DNA of 63,554 bases, the filler included, from Saprolegnia diclina VS20 (lineage: Eukaryota), in NCBI RefSeq assembly GCF_000281045.1. It is 10 parts of 3 records of this genome, joined end to end, with 100 filler letters (N's around TTAATTAATTAA, not from the genome) between each part and the next. Parts side by side here need not be neighbours in the genome. Positions count along the whole stretch, not along the records: positions 1 to 24,658 come from NW_008246069.1; positions 24,759 to 26,740 come from NW_008246069.1; positions 26,841 to 41,254 come from NW_008246069.1; 7 more parts are not named here. One strand, 5' to 3'. Made by a program: the position numbers and the translations under genes. Positions 23,358 through 33,718 of the stretch are shown here, piece by piece. Below the pieces are notes generated by a model. The model had not been told where the DNA came from. It was given only the letters and a program-made list of their open reading frames with translations, and ran no database searches. Every line of letters begins with the position of its first letter. Position 1 is the stretch's first letter.

Positions 23358-24632
23358 ATGGCTCTCTTCACGCCCCTCACTGTCGGTAGCCTCTCGCTGC
23401 ANNNNNNNNNNNNNNNNNNNNNNNNNNNNNNNNNNNNNNNNNNNNNNNNNNNNNNNNNNNNNNNNNNNNNNNNNNNNNNNNNNNNNNNNNNNNNNNNNNN
23501 NNNNNNNNNNNNNNNNNNNNNNNNNNNNNNNNNNNNNNNNNNNNNNNNNNNNNNNNNNNNNNNNNNNNNNNNNNNNNNNNNNNNNNNNNNNNNNNNNNNN
23601 NNNNNNNNNNNNNNNNNNNNNNNNNNNNNNNNNNNNNNNNNNNNNNNNNNNNNNNNNNNNNNNNNNNNNNNNNNNNNNNNNNNNNNNNNNNNNNNNNNNN
23701 NNNNNNNNNNNNNNNNNNNNNNNNNNNNNNNNNNNNNNNNNNNNNNNNNNNNNNNNNNNNNNNNNNNNNNNNNNNNNNNNNNNNNNNNNNNNNNNNNNNN
23801 NNNNNNNNNNNNNNNNNNNNNNNNNNNNNNNNNNNNNNNNNNNNNNNNNNNNNNNNNNNNNNNNNNNNNNNNNNNNNNNNNNNNNNNNNNNNNNNNNNNN
23901 NNNNNNNNNNNNNNNNNNNNNNNNNNNNNNNNNNNNNNNNNNNNNNNNNNNNNNNNNNNNNNNNNNNNNNNNNNNNNNNNNNNNNNNNNNNNNNNNNNNN
24001 NNNNNNNNNNNNNNNNNNNNNNNNNNNNNNNNNNNNNNNNNNNNNNNNNNNNNNNNNNNNNNNNNNNNNNNNNNNNNNNNNNNNNNNNNNNNNNNNNNNN
24101 NNNNGCTGCGATCGGCGCCGACCGCGTCGGCATTCGCCTCAGCCCCTTCTCGGCCATCAACGGCGCGTACAACTCGGACCCGATCGGGACGTACTCGGCG
24201 CTCCTCGAGCAGCTCAACCCGCTCGGCCTCGCGTACGTGCACCTTGTTGAGCCACGTATCGAGGGTGGCTCAGACGCGGAAGTGCTTCCGGACCCGTCGC
24301 TCATCAACCTCAAGCCGTTCCGTGCTGTGTACAAGGGTATCCTTATCGTTGCGGGCGGGTACCTCGGGGACACGGCCGAAGCTGTCGTCGTCGAGGGCCA
24401 GGCCGATGCCGTAGCGTTTGGTCGCCACTTTATCTCGAACCCAGATCTGCCGTACCGTCTTCAGCACAAGAAACCGCTGACGCCGTACAACCGCGCCACG
24501 TTTTACACCAAGGACCACGTCGGCTACGTACGTGTGCATATTATATGTGTGGTTGGTATGACAATATTGGTGTAGACCGACTACAAGACGTGGCTCGAGG
24601 AAGAAGCCGAGAATGCGACGACGACGGCGTAG
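23358..24632 (+). CDS. Old Yellow Enzyme / NADH:flavin oxidoreductase (middle in N gap; short last intron)
   Basis: MALFTPLTVGSL; AIGADRVGIRLSPF; LAYVHLVEPR; IVAGGY; ADAVAFGRHFISNPDLPYRL; YNRATFY..GY|TDY. Confidence 0.9.
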
Positions 24633-24702
24633 AGTTGCTCGCATGCATTTTGCTAACTNNNNNNNNNNNNNNNNNNNNNNNNNNNNNNNNNNNNNNNNNN
24701 NN

Positions 24703-24714
24703 TTAATTAATTAA
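24703..24714. other. Artificial contig linker TTAATTAATTAA within 100-bp N gaps (also 26785, 41299, 47829, 49893, 54721, 57401, 59422, 62015)
   Basis: Identical six-frame-stop 12-mer centred in N runs, nine occurrences. Confidence 0.97.
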
Positions 24715-24861
24715 NNNNNNNNNNNNNNNNNNNNNNNNNNNNNNNNNNNNNNNNNNNNCTCACTATCCAAATTTTCATAATGCACCGTATGGTGTCAAGC
24801 GCTGACTCGAAATCTCAGAATAACACACCACGACATTTATGAAGCTGGTGTTGACCTTGCC

Positions 24862-25724
24862 CTAGTCGAGGGTGAAGGGCTGCACATTGGTGAGCATCGC
24901 GCCAGACATGTTCAAGCCGTCTAGGTGGGCCTTGAACCGATCTTGGTTGGTCGCCCACGGGTTCATTCCGCACGTGTCGTAGGCGTCGGCGATCCATCGA
25001 CGAGTGCGATTGTCCTTGTTGATGTCGGCGTAGACCTTCTCGACAAAACCGAAGACGCGGTCGCGTCTGACGCGAAAGAGATCGCCCGGCGTCGCATCGT
25101 CCAGGGCGTCGATGCGGTGACCGTAGTAAAGCTCGCGGAGTCGAGACTTGATAGGCTTGTTCAGCGCGATGTCGCCGACTTGGTGAATGCTCGTCATGCC
25201 TTCACGGATGTCCTCGAGGGAGATGCGTCCTTCACACTCGGCTTTGACAAAGACGTCGACGGCTTCGCCAAAGTGAGTCGTCGACCGGTCCACGAAGACA
25301 CGCGGATCGTGTCTTCTGAGGGCTCCTTCTCCTGAGTGCCACAGTGTTGGGCGGTGCGGATAGCTCTTGGCAGAGAAGACAAACAGACCCCGGGCCGTGA
25401 AGGCGACGGTTTCCACGTCGATACCGAACGCCAAAGTGACGATGCACACGACCGCCATGTCCTGTACTGCGCCAGACCGGCCAGAAACACATCAAAGTTC
25501 TCGGTGTGGACGCCGAGTTGATGATGGATGCGAGCACAAAGCCCTCGATTTTCACCAGAAGCGAAGTCGAAGAGACGGCCACGGAGCTCCTCGGCACTGG
25601 CACAGTTGAGGTTGCGAGATGCCACGATGCTGTGGAAGAGGCAGTTGCCGTCGCCGGGGACGTCGATGACGGAGAAGGTTTGCTCGTTGATCATCACAAA
25701 GGAGGAAATTGCGGTCATGTTCAT
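24862..25724 (-). mobile_element. Degenerate OTU-protease domain joined to the C-terminal half of a pogo/Tigger-like (DDE_1) transposase
   Basis: OTU Cys box VIDVPGDGNCLFHSIV..AEELR; frameshift near 25455; then VDRSTTH, GMTSIHQVGDIALNKPIKSRLRELY and WIADAYDTCGMNPW, matching the DDE_1 pattern D..H / G.TS..Q..D...N.P.K / F..CG. Confidence 0.62.
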
Positions 25725-26017
25725 GCTGGCTTGGGGGACGAGGTGCAATGTAGGAATGAGAGTTGAAGAACATCAATTTAATTAGGTACCGGTACCGCTC
25801 AGGGTCACGCAAGTCTCTCTCCCAGAGGTTTCTCCCAGTGCCGATGTTTCTTTTTCAAAAATTGGATCGTGCAAAAACCCATCTACTAGAGGAATTGAAC
25901 CCGCGCCGCAACAACTCGCATTGTAAACTGCGAACTCTAACAGCTGCGCTACGACGCCGTAACACATACAACATGAAAGCATCTTTAATCTATAACGTGT
26001 AACAAGCTGTAACGCGG

Positions 26018-26208
26018 CGTATTGTATCACATCATAATAATATTATGATGTGATACAATACGGTCTCATCCAAATTGGGCAGTGGTGTGATAATATCACA
26101 GTGGTGTGATAATATCAATATTGGGCAGTGGTGTGATAATATCACAGTGGTGTGATAATATCACAGTGGTGTGATAATATCACACCACTGCCCAATTTGG
26201 ATGAGACC
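26018..26208. repeat. Two abutting palindromes, the second with an internal 19-bp tandem array
   Basis: 22-bp arms 26018-26039/26041-26062; 31-bp arms 26062-26092/26178-26208; five copies of agtggtgtgataatatca(c). Confidence 0.95.
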
Positions 26209-26309
26209 TCATAATAACTCATTTTTAGGGAAATTGCACATCATAAATTTTCCTCTTTTTTGGCCGATTTGGTGGGTGAGTTGTTTTGAGGTATACGGTA
26301 TCTACGTGG

Positions 26310-26740
26310 GTGCCATCGCCGCGACTGTTCTCCGTGGTCCATTTGAGCACCAAACAAAGGACAACATGTGGAAGATCTGGATGCGGCGAGGCCTCATCTC
26401 GGAAGGCACCCGTGTGCGGCTGTACAAGTGCTACGTGCTCCCGGTCCTTTTGTACAACTGCGGCACGTGGGCCCTGACGCCAACCAGCCTCGCTGACAGC
26501 TTCCATCGTCGGCAGTGTGTCGTCTGCTCGGGATCTTCCACCCGAACACGCTTTTGCCGACGTCGCGCTCTACAAACGCTGCGACAGCGAGCCGTTGAGT
26601 ACGATCGTGACCGCCAACGTTGGCGCCTTCTAGGCCGCGTGCTGCGACTGGGTCGCGACATCCCGGCCCACGTGGCTGCGGACCGCTTCTTTGCCCCGTT
26701 TCTCAGGACGCACCAAGATCACGCTGCCGATCGTCCTGCA
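26310..26740 (+). mobile_element. RTE-clade non-LTR retrotransposon, post-RT C-terminal fragment, frameshifted
   Basis: KIWMRRGLISEGTRVRLYKCYVLPVLLYNCGTWALT..DSFHRRQ and RWRLLGRVLRL..DIPA, typical of the RTE RT thumb/C-terminal region. Confidence 0.75.
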
Positions 26741-26926
26741 NNNNNNNNNNNNNNNNNNNNNNNNNNNNNNNNNNNNNNNNNNNNTTAATTAATTAANNNN
26801 NNNNNNNNNNNNNNNNNNNNNNNNNNNNNNNNNNNNNNNNTTTTCGCTCATTTTGGGCCTCGCTCATTTTTCTACCGGGCTCCGCTCATTTTTAATCCGC
26901 ACCCGCGGTCGTGGGGGTGCGGATTA

Positions 26927-27737
26927 CCCCACGACCGCGTCTCGCTCGTCACGTACGATACGTGCGTCACGACGAACCTGACGCCGGCCGGAAAGGCGCT
27001 CCTCGCGTCCAAGGTCCAGGGCGTCCACGCCGGCTCGTGCACCAACCTTAGCGGCAGTCTCCTCGCGGTCCTTGAAGAAGTCCAGTCGTCGTCACGGCAC
27101 GATAAAGGCGAGCCCAACCCGGTGCAGTCGGTCTTGCTGCTCACGAACGGTCTTGCGAACGCCGGCATCTCGTCCCGGAGCGGCCTCGTCGAGCTCCTTG
27201 AAGGCGTCTTGTCCAAGAACGTGTCGCTCTTCACCTTTGGCTACGGCTCGGACCACGACGCGGAGCTGCTCAGAGAGCTCTCGGACCTCGGACGCGGGTC
27301 GTACTACTTTGTGCAGAACTTCGACAGCGTCTCACTTGCGTTCGCCGACTGCCTCGGCGGCCTCCTCATTGTCGTGGCCCAAAACGTTAAAGTCGAGTGC
27401 GTCGCCGCCGCCAACGTCTCGATCGCGAGCCTCAAAACCAAGCGGCCGGTGACGACGAACTCGCACACCACGTCCTACACCGTGGACCTCGTCGACATGT
27501 ACGCCGAAGAAGAGCGCGATATCTTGGTCCAGCTGACGCTCGAGGCGTGGCCAGCCGCCGACACGGACCAGCCGCTCGTGACGTTCAACGTCCGCTATGC
27601 CAACGTCCTGACGTCGTCGCTTGAGACCACGTCGACGAGTGTCACCGTCGGACGCCCGGTGACAATGACGGACGCGTCGCTGGATGCGCTCGTCGTGCAG
27701 CAAAAGCACCGCATTGAGACGGCCGAAGCGCTCGAAG
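26927..27737 (+). pseudogene. 5'-truncated copy of the VWA gene at 28418-29881
   Basis: Near-identical to ~28660-29486; 15-bp deletion near 26980; LLLTDG changed to LLLTNG; lacks the N-terminus including DxSxS; ends at a gap. Confidence 0.8.
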
Positions 27738-27837
27738 NNNNNNNNNNNNNNNNNNNNNNNNNNNNNNNNNNNNNNNNNNNNNNNNNNNNNNNNNNNNNNN
27801 NNNNNNNNNNNNNNNNNNNNNNNNNNNNNNNNNNNNN

Positions 27838-27903
27838 AAGTCGGTGTCGCACCAAGCCGGCGCGTCGCTCAAGGTCGACGACATCATCATGGAGTTTGAG
27901 TAG
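27838..27903 (+). CDS. C-terminal end of a biotinyl-domain protein (propionyl-CoA carboxylase alpha-like); remainder lost in the gap
   Basis: KSVSHQAGASLKVDDIIMEFE* resembles the C-terminal biotin-carrier strand pattern G.SL.VD.II.EF; only 21 codons visible. Confidence 0.55.
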   Translation, partial: KSVSHQAGASLKVDDIIMEFE

Positions 27904-28417
27904 AAGAGAAGCATGGGCTGCGTGTTATAACAGGACGAAACACTTCCGTCGTACTTTGTTATGCGCACTAGCACTCGGCGAGTGGTTCGACCCCAAGTGC
28001 TACCACCCTAATAACACCGGGTCCAACATCGAGCAATGCAGGCAGGATACTGTAGAACAAATCCACCGAGATGCATCTGGACAGCCAAGTCCAAATCGGA
28101 CAGGAAGCGATTCGGACTGATGGAGGAAGCATTGTGGCTCGAGCATTGACCAGATCTGCAGTTGGACCAGATCCTAGCTGGGACCCAAGCTTGCACATAT
28201 CAAGTTGGTTTAGCTTTGGCGCTGGATCTGCGACTTGATTTGAAGCCTCTGTCGCAACGCTTCCGCCAATCACAGCGCGCCATTTCAAATCCCCATAAAT
28301 CCGACCAATCACTGGCGTCCCTTTCTTCGAAAAACGATCCAGCCTGAATGATGGTCACCAACATCCTTGGTCTCTCGACGGTCGAAGCAGTTCCGAATTC
28401 GCCACCAACCAGCCAGC

Positions 28418-29881
28418 ATGTCGCCGCTTCCTCTGTCCAAGGCCCTCAGCGTCTCGTCGGCTGCCGAGCACAAGCAGATCGCGTCTGCCGAGACGGCCGC
28501 GACGACCTTTGTCAACTGCCACATCGTGGCACCGCCCTGCGAAGAGAGCGACCGCAAGCCCATCGACTTGGTCGTCGTGCTCGACCGCTCGGGCAGCATG
28601 AGCGGCTCCAAGCTCGACTTGTGCAAGCAGACGCTCGACTTCCTCGCGCACGAGCTCTCGCCCCACGACCGCGTCTCGCTCGTGACCTACGACACGTACG
28701 TGACGACGAACCTGCGCCTGACCAAGATGACGCCGGCCGGAAAGGCGCTCCTCGCGTCCAAGGTCCAGGGCGTCCACGCCGGCTCGTGCACCAACCTCAG
28801 CGGCGGTCTCCTTGCGGGCCTTGAAGAAGTCCAGTCGTCGTCGCGGCCCGATTCAGGCGAGCCCAACCCGGTGCAGTCGGTCTTGCTGCTCACGGACGGC
28901 CTTGCCAACGCCGGCATCTCGTCGCGGAGCGGCCTCGTCGAGCTCCTCGAAGGCGTCTTGTCCAAGAACGTGTCGCTCTTCACCTTTGGCTACGGCTCGG
29001 ACCACGACGCGGAGCTGCTGCGCGAGCTCTCGGACCTCGGACGCGGGTCGTACTACTTTGTGCAGAACCTCGACAGCGTCTCGCTCGCGTTCGCCGACTG
29101 CCTCGGCGGCCTCCTCAGCGTCGTGGCCCAAAACATCAAAGTCGAGTGCGTCGCAGCCGCCAACGTCTCGATCGCGAGCCTCAAGACCAAGCGGCCGGTG
29201 ACGACAAACTCGCCCAGCACGTCCTACACCGTGGACCTCGGCGACATGTACGCCGAGGAAGAGCGCGATATCCTGGTCCAGCTGACGCTCGCGGCGTGGC
29301 CGGCCGCCGACACGGACCAGCCGCTCGTGACGTTCAACGTCCGCTATGCCAACGTGCTGACGTCGTCGCTCGAGACCACGTCGACAAGTGTCGCCGTCGG
29401 ACGCCCGGTGACAGTGACGGACGCGTCGCTGGATGCGCTCGTCGTGCAGCAAAAGCACCGCATTGAGACGGCCGAAGCGCTCGAAGCCGCGCAGCAGGAA
29501 GCGCAGAAGGGCAACTTGAGCGGCGGCCAAGACGTCCTCCGCACGCTCAAGGCCAAGATCAAGCGCGACGAAGCGTGCTTTGCGGACAAGAACGAGAGCT
29601 TCAAGAGCACGACGCTCATCGACGACTTGGACGAGTGCTGCGCGGCGATGGCAACCACGCACGTCTACCGCGAGCGTGGCATGCACCGCATGGCCGGCAA
29701 GATGCAGTCGCACTGGGCGCAGCGCAGCAACGACGTCGAAGTCAACGTGGCTGACCTCTGCACGCCGCAAATGGCGGCCAGCGCCATGCCCGCGCCGGTG
29801 CAAGCAGCTCAGTACGGCAACGTCGCCAAGACCCGCAGATGTCCAAGGCCGCCCGCTTCTTCTCGGCGCCCGTCAACATGA
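28418..29881 (+). CDS. von Willebrand factor A (VWA) domain protein
   Basis: MIDAS PIDLVVVLDRSGSMSG, TNLSGGL, VLLLTDG.AN, FTFGYGSDHD, DCLGGLLSVVAQ, LGDMYAEEERD; the last ~15 codons may be frameshifted. Confidence 0.9.
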   Translation: MSPLPLSKALSVSSAAEHKQIASAETAATTFVNCHIVAPPCEESDRKPIDLVVVLDRSGSMSGSKLDLCKQTLDFLAHELSPHDRVSLVTYDTYVTTNLRLTKMTPAGKALLASKVQGVHAGSCTNLSGGLLAGLEEVQSSSRPDSGEPNPVQSVLLLTDGLANAGISSRSGLVELLEGVLSKNVSLFTFGYGSDHDAELLRELSDLGRGSYYFVQNLDSVSLAFADCLGGLLSVVAQNIKVECVAAANVSIASLKTKRPVTTNSPSTSYTVDLGDMYAEEERDILVQLTLAAWPAADTDQPLVTFNVRYANVLTSSLETTSTSVAVGRPVTVTDASLDALVVQQKHRIETAEALEAAQQEAQKGNLSGGQDVLRTLKAKIKRDEACFADKNESFKSTTLIDDLDECCAAMATTHVYRERGMHRMAGKMQSHWAQRSNDVEVNVADLCTPQMAASAMPAPVQAAQYGNVAKTRRCPRPPASSRRPST

Positions 29882-30352
29882 CCCCGTCCAGCGCGCCGCA
29901 CACGAGCGCGAGCTAAGCAACGTACTCCCCTGCCTTTTCAAAAGCAACTAAATATCAACTAAACAATCGACTAAATACCAACTAAATCAATCTGTTCAAT
30001 TTCAAGCCCGCTGAGCCAAGTGATCTTGTAGCTGTGGTTAGAATACTCCAACCACAACGACGCCAATCGCAATGGCTTCGAACGAGCCCACAAGCTCCGC
30101 CGGCCCAAGACGAGAGCTCCTCCACGTGCTGCGCCGGTCGATTCGTATGAGGTTGTACGTCTGAGGCCTCGTAGGTGTTCAGCGCGCCAGTCTTTTCAAC
30201 CGAAATTGTCAAAGTTCCAAGTTCTATCAATCTCGGTAGGGCTAGGGTCGCCCTCAAAACCGAGGTTTCTTGGTTAACCTGTTGACAACATCGTCCTGCA
30301 GCGAGAGCAATGCGAATGAGAAAAGTGCTATATAAATCCGAATCAAGACAGT

Positions 30353-33300
30353 TTACGAATCGCGGAGCGCCACGGACGCGACCATGTCTTGGATCGTGCT
30401 CAGCGGCGGGCGGTACGAGGGCGGAAGGAGCTTCCGCTGGAGTGCGTTGAACGAGTAGCGTTTCGCGCCGACGTTCTTCTCTGCAATTCCAATGCGACCG
30501 CCAAACTCGCGCATGACGTTGGCCATTTTCAGCACGTCGCTGGCCTCAAGGTCGTCCGCGTCCGCATTGTCAAGGTCGTCGTTGGCTTGGAGCGCCCACG
30601 CCGCCTGCTCCCACGTGACAGACATGGCGGTCCGGTCCTTCCCCGACTTGCAGCACGTGACGCGGCCGCCGTAGAGACGCCGCACGGCCTTGGACGCCAA
30701 GTGCAGAATCTCCGTGTTCTTGCTCGACCCGTTCTCGTTGGTGACCGCATCGCGCAGCGCTGTCGGGACTTGGCCCATGTACTGCTCGAGGCTCTGGAGG
30801 CTCGCCTTGTTGATGACCGACTGCTTCGAGACGCCTGCAGCGTTGGACATGTTGGCGAGCGACTGCATCTCGTTGATGCCTTGGGTGAAGAGGACGACGA
30901 CGACGCCGATCGCGTCGCGCTGCAGCGACGGCGGGAGGCGCGAATAGTCGCCCGGCGGCAGTGGCACTTGGACGATTGTGTCGAGCACGCAGATGCTGCC
31001 GGTCGAGACGAGCTGGAAGCTAAAGACGCGCGAGATGCTCTGCAGCGCCATCCACGCGTCGAGAAGCATGTGCAGCTCCTTGCCCTGGGAGCTCACGAGG
31101 CTTTCCCAGCCAATGAGGTACCCCCGGGTGCGCCACTGCTCCCAACACGCTGCTTGCGCCTCGGTAGGCCGCGCCAAGCACTGCTGGACGCTCACGATGA
31201 ACGCCGACACGATCGGCGCCAGCGCCTGCGCCATCACCATCGTTTTGCGCAATCGGTACTCGAGACGCAGGTCTGCGAGCCGCGACTGGAGCGTCGCGGC
31301 CGGAAGCGGCGCGTCATCGCCGTTCGGCGCCTTGGCGAGCGCAATGGCCTTCGTCTTGGCTTGCGTATACAGCGACGAGAGCAACTTGGATCGTTCTTTG
31401 AGCGACTTGGTCGCGCGCGACTTGATTGACGCGTCGTCCTCCTTGGTGTCCCTCGATTCGTTCGCGTCACTGGCGTCCGTCGTCTCGGGTGCCGTCTCGG
31501 GCGTCGCCTCGGGCTGCAGCGGCACAAACCCGTCGGGCCGCGTTGGAGACGGCGCTGGGAGACCGCCCAACAGCCGGGTTCGGAGGTGCGCACTCGCCTC
31601 GTGGATCGCCTCTTCCAGTGCCCACAAATCATTGTCGTCGAGCCCCAAGGCGTGCGCGGCGGGGAGGCCGCACGTGACAGTCGGCAGCGCCTGGAGCCCA
31701 TTGTCGCTGGACGACGTCACGTGGGCCACTGCGACGTGCAAGTTGGTCGGAAGCGCTTGGATGTTCTCCGCCTTCTTCATCGCACTCGACTTGAAGCGCG
31801 TGTGGGACGTGGCCCATTCACTCGCGATAGCGCGGGCGTTCTTGGTCGTCTCGAGGGAGCTCGTGAGCGCGCTTAGATGGTCGTCGAGGAACTGAGACGG
31901 CAGCGGTAGGGCCATCGACGGCTCCTTGTCGACAGTCAGTGTATCCAGCCAGCGGTACCGAGGCGGGTTGGCCGGCATCGGCGTGGCCGCCGGGAAGGAC
32001 GCCGTCGTTGCCGTGACCGCGAGATCGATGAGGAGCTCGCCGACGCACGGGCCGTCGCCAGTCTCGTCGTCGTCGCACTTGCAGGCCGAGCCTTCTTGCG
32101 CCGATGGCTGGTGCAGTCGGTACCACTCGCCCGGCGCAGTGACCACCGTGTCGGTCGTTGACGGGAGCAGCGACGCCAGCGGGATCTTGACAGTGCCCAA
32201 GCACGGGTTCGGGCTCGCCTTGCGGGCCGCGAGGATCGCCGACGACATGGACGTCGGCGGCGGCGGCTTGGTGTACACCTTGCACTCGAGAAACCCGTCC
32301 TTGGCGCGATTCGCCGGCCGGTAAAAGCACATGTGTCCCTCCGCGTTCAGGCCGCCGTGGACTTTGGCCCCGGTGTACGCGACGCGCCACAGCGGTTCGG
32401 TCGAGTTTGTAATCACGTTCGTCTTGGCAGCACACCACGGTGCACCGGTGCACGTGTGCGGGTCCGAGATCGTCACTTCGCAGTAGGCGTTGATGACGAT
32501 AGGTTTCTCTGTCGTGCCAATCTGGAGGCCCTTGAACTTGGAGAACGCCGACGACCGCATCGACTTGGCCATCGCGACGACGCTGGCGCGGGACGAAGCG
32601 ACCGGTGCGTTCGAGGCCAACGAGTGGTGCTGAACGGTCGACGTCGTCGACGTGGGCACGCTCCCGAGGCCGCGCGCGCAGAGGGCGCGGATGGTGTAGA
32701 CGTCCCCGCCGCTCTGCAGCGCGTCCAGTGGGGTCGCAAAGAGACACTCTTGGACCCGCGCCGCCGCCGCATACGCGCTGTACGTAGCCACTTGGTGCTC
32801 GGTCTCGTCCAGCGCCATCTCGAGAACCTGTCGCGGGATCGACGTCGCCAAGTCGACTTCGAAAATATCTTCCTGGAGGAAGACCTTGCCCGGAAACGCA
32901 TACTTGGTCGACGAGCTCAGCTCAAACGGCGGCGACGAGAGGTAGATGGACTGCAACAGGGGCGCGTGCTGCACGTCGACGACCGGCGTGTTCGAGTCGA
33001 TTGGGTTTGTCGGCACGTGCGCCGTGAGCGGCACCGACACGGACGAGAGCAAGTGCGACGCCGGAAAGGCCGCCGTCGACGCCAGCACCGGTGCCTTCTT
33101 CGCCGCGCTCTCCTGGCAGGCGACAATCTCGATCGTGCATGTCGCGGTCTCGAGGTCGAGCGTCTCTGGCAGCGCAATGCCGACGACGTAGCTCGGGTTC
33201 GTGCCCTTTTGCGACACGGAGCGCACGACGCACGGATGGCAAGCTTCGGACGCCGGGCGGATCGTGACGCGGGCAAAGCTGGCGCCGGCAAAGTCGGGGC

Positions 33301-33544
33301 TGCCCGCTTGCTTTTGCATCATCGTCTTGGCGTAGGCGAGCCCGCGCTGCATTGACTGCGACGGCAGATACACGGTCGCGTCCGGCGTCGCGAGGTGCAA
33401 GTGGCGGCAAGCGACAAAGATGGTCCGGTCGAGCGCCATCTTGGTGGCCGACGAAGACCGCGCGACGTCGCTGTGGCCAGCGGACGACCGGCGCTGGTCG
33501 CCCACGCTCTCGTCGAGGACCTCAATGTCGCTGTACTCGGCCAT
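30353..33544 (-). CDS. Inositol polyphosphate 4-phosphatase (INPP4-type) with C2-like regions
   Basis: Catalytic CX5R motif TCCKSGKDRTAMSVTWEQ; LPTNLH, VTCGLPAAH, WESLVSSQGKE, VLFTQGINEMQSLA, KNVGAKRYSFNALQ..LPPSYRPP. Confidence 0.92.
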   Translation of the reverse strand: MAEYSDIEVLDESVGDQRRSSAGHSDVARSSSATKMALDRTIFVACRHLHLATPDATVYLPSQSMQRGLAYAKTMMQKQAGSPDFAGASFARVTIRPASEACHPCVVRSVSQKGTNPSYVVGIALPETLDLETATCTIEIVACQESAAKKAPVLASTAAFPASHLLSSVSVPLTAHVPTNPIDSNTPVVDVQHAPLLQSIYLSSPPFELSSSTKYAFPGKVFLQEDIFEVDLATSIPRQVLEMALDETEHQVATYSAYAAAARVQECLFATPLDALQSGGDVYTIRALCARGLGSVPTSTTSTVQHHSLASNAPVASSRASVVAMAKSMRSSAFSKFKGLQIGTTEKPIVINAYCEVTISDPHTCTGAPWCAAKTNVITNSTEPLWRVAYTGAKVHGGLNAEGHMCFYRPANRAKDGFLECKVYTKPPPPTSMSSAILAARKASPNPCLGTVKIPLASLLPSTTDTVVTAPGEWYRLHQPSAQEGSACKCDDDETGDGPCVGELLIDLAVTATTASFPAATPMPANPPRYRWLDTLTVDKEPSMALPLPSQFLDDHLSALTSSLETTKNARAIASEWATSHTRFKSSAMKKAENIQALPTNLHVAVAHVTSSSDNGLQALPTVTCGLPAAHALGLDDNDLWALEEAIHEASAHLRTRLLGGLPAPSPTRPDGFVPLQPEATPETAPETTDASDANESRDTKEDDASIKSRATKSLKERSKLLSSLYTQAKTKAIALAKAPNGDDAPLPAATLQSRLADLRLEYRLRKTMVMAQALAPIVSAFIVSVQQCLARPTEAQAACWEQWRTRGYLIGWESLVSSQGKELHMLLDAWMALQSISRVFSFQLVSTGSICVLDTIVQVPLPPGDYSRLPPSLQRDAIGVVVVLFTQGINEMQSLANMSNAAGVSKQSVINKASLQSLEQYMGQVPTALRDAVTNENGSSKNTEILHLASKAVRRLYGGRVTCCKSGKDRTAMSVTWEQAAWALQANDDLDNADADDLEASDVLKMANVMREFGGRIGIAEKNVGAKRYSFNALQRKLLPPSYRPPLSTIQDMVASVALRDS

Positions 33545-33554
33545 CGGATCTAGC

Positions 33555-33718
33555 TATGCGAACTGACGCGTCAATGACGAGGCCCCAACGAAGACAGGAT
33601 TCCGCCCAATCGCACGCGTCCTGTCGTGGATCGCAGCCAATGAACGCACAGCAATCCGTGACAGTGATACACCGAAACGAGCCAATCGGCAAGATACGGT
33701 CCGTGCATTAGCGCTTAA
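33555..33718. repeat. ~165-bp direct repeat (INPP4 upstream region), second copy at 36163-36328
   Basis: tatgcgaactgacgcg...cattagcgcttaa present twice with scattered differences. Confidence 0.93.

Noticed and set aside
23259..24373. Long ORFs running through N gaps (also 43319-44642, 60796-61711)
   Set aside because: Their length comes from X residues in the gaps.
26081..26183. 19-bp repeats as a CRISPR array
   Set aside because: Repeats abut with no unique spacers, there are no cas genes, and the context is eukaryotic.
26062..26208. Vector or synthetic origin suggested by inverted GGTCTC (BsaI) sites and phage-operator-like TATCAC
   Set aside because: The sites are simply the palindrome ends; no other vector or phage sequence is nearby.
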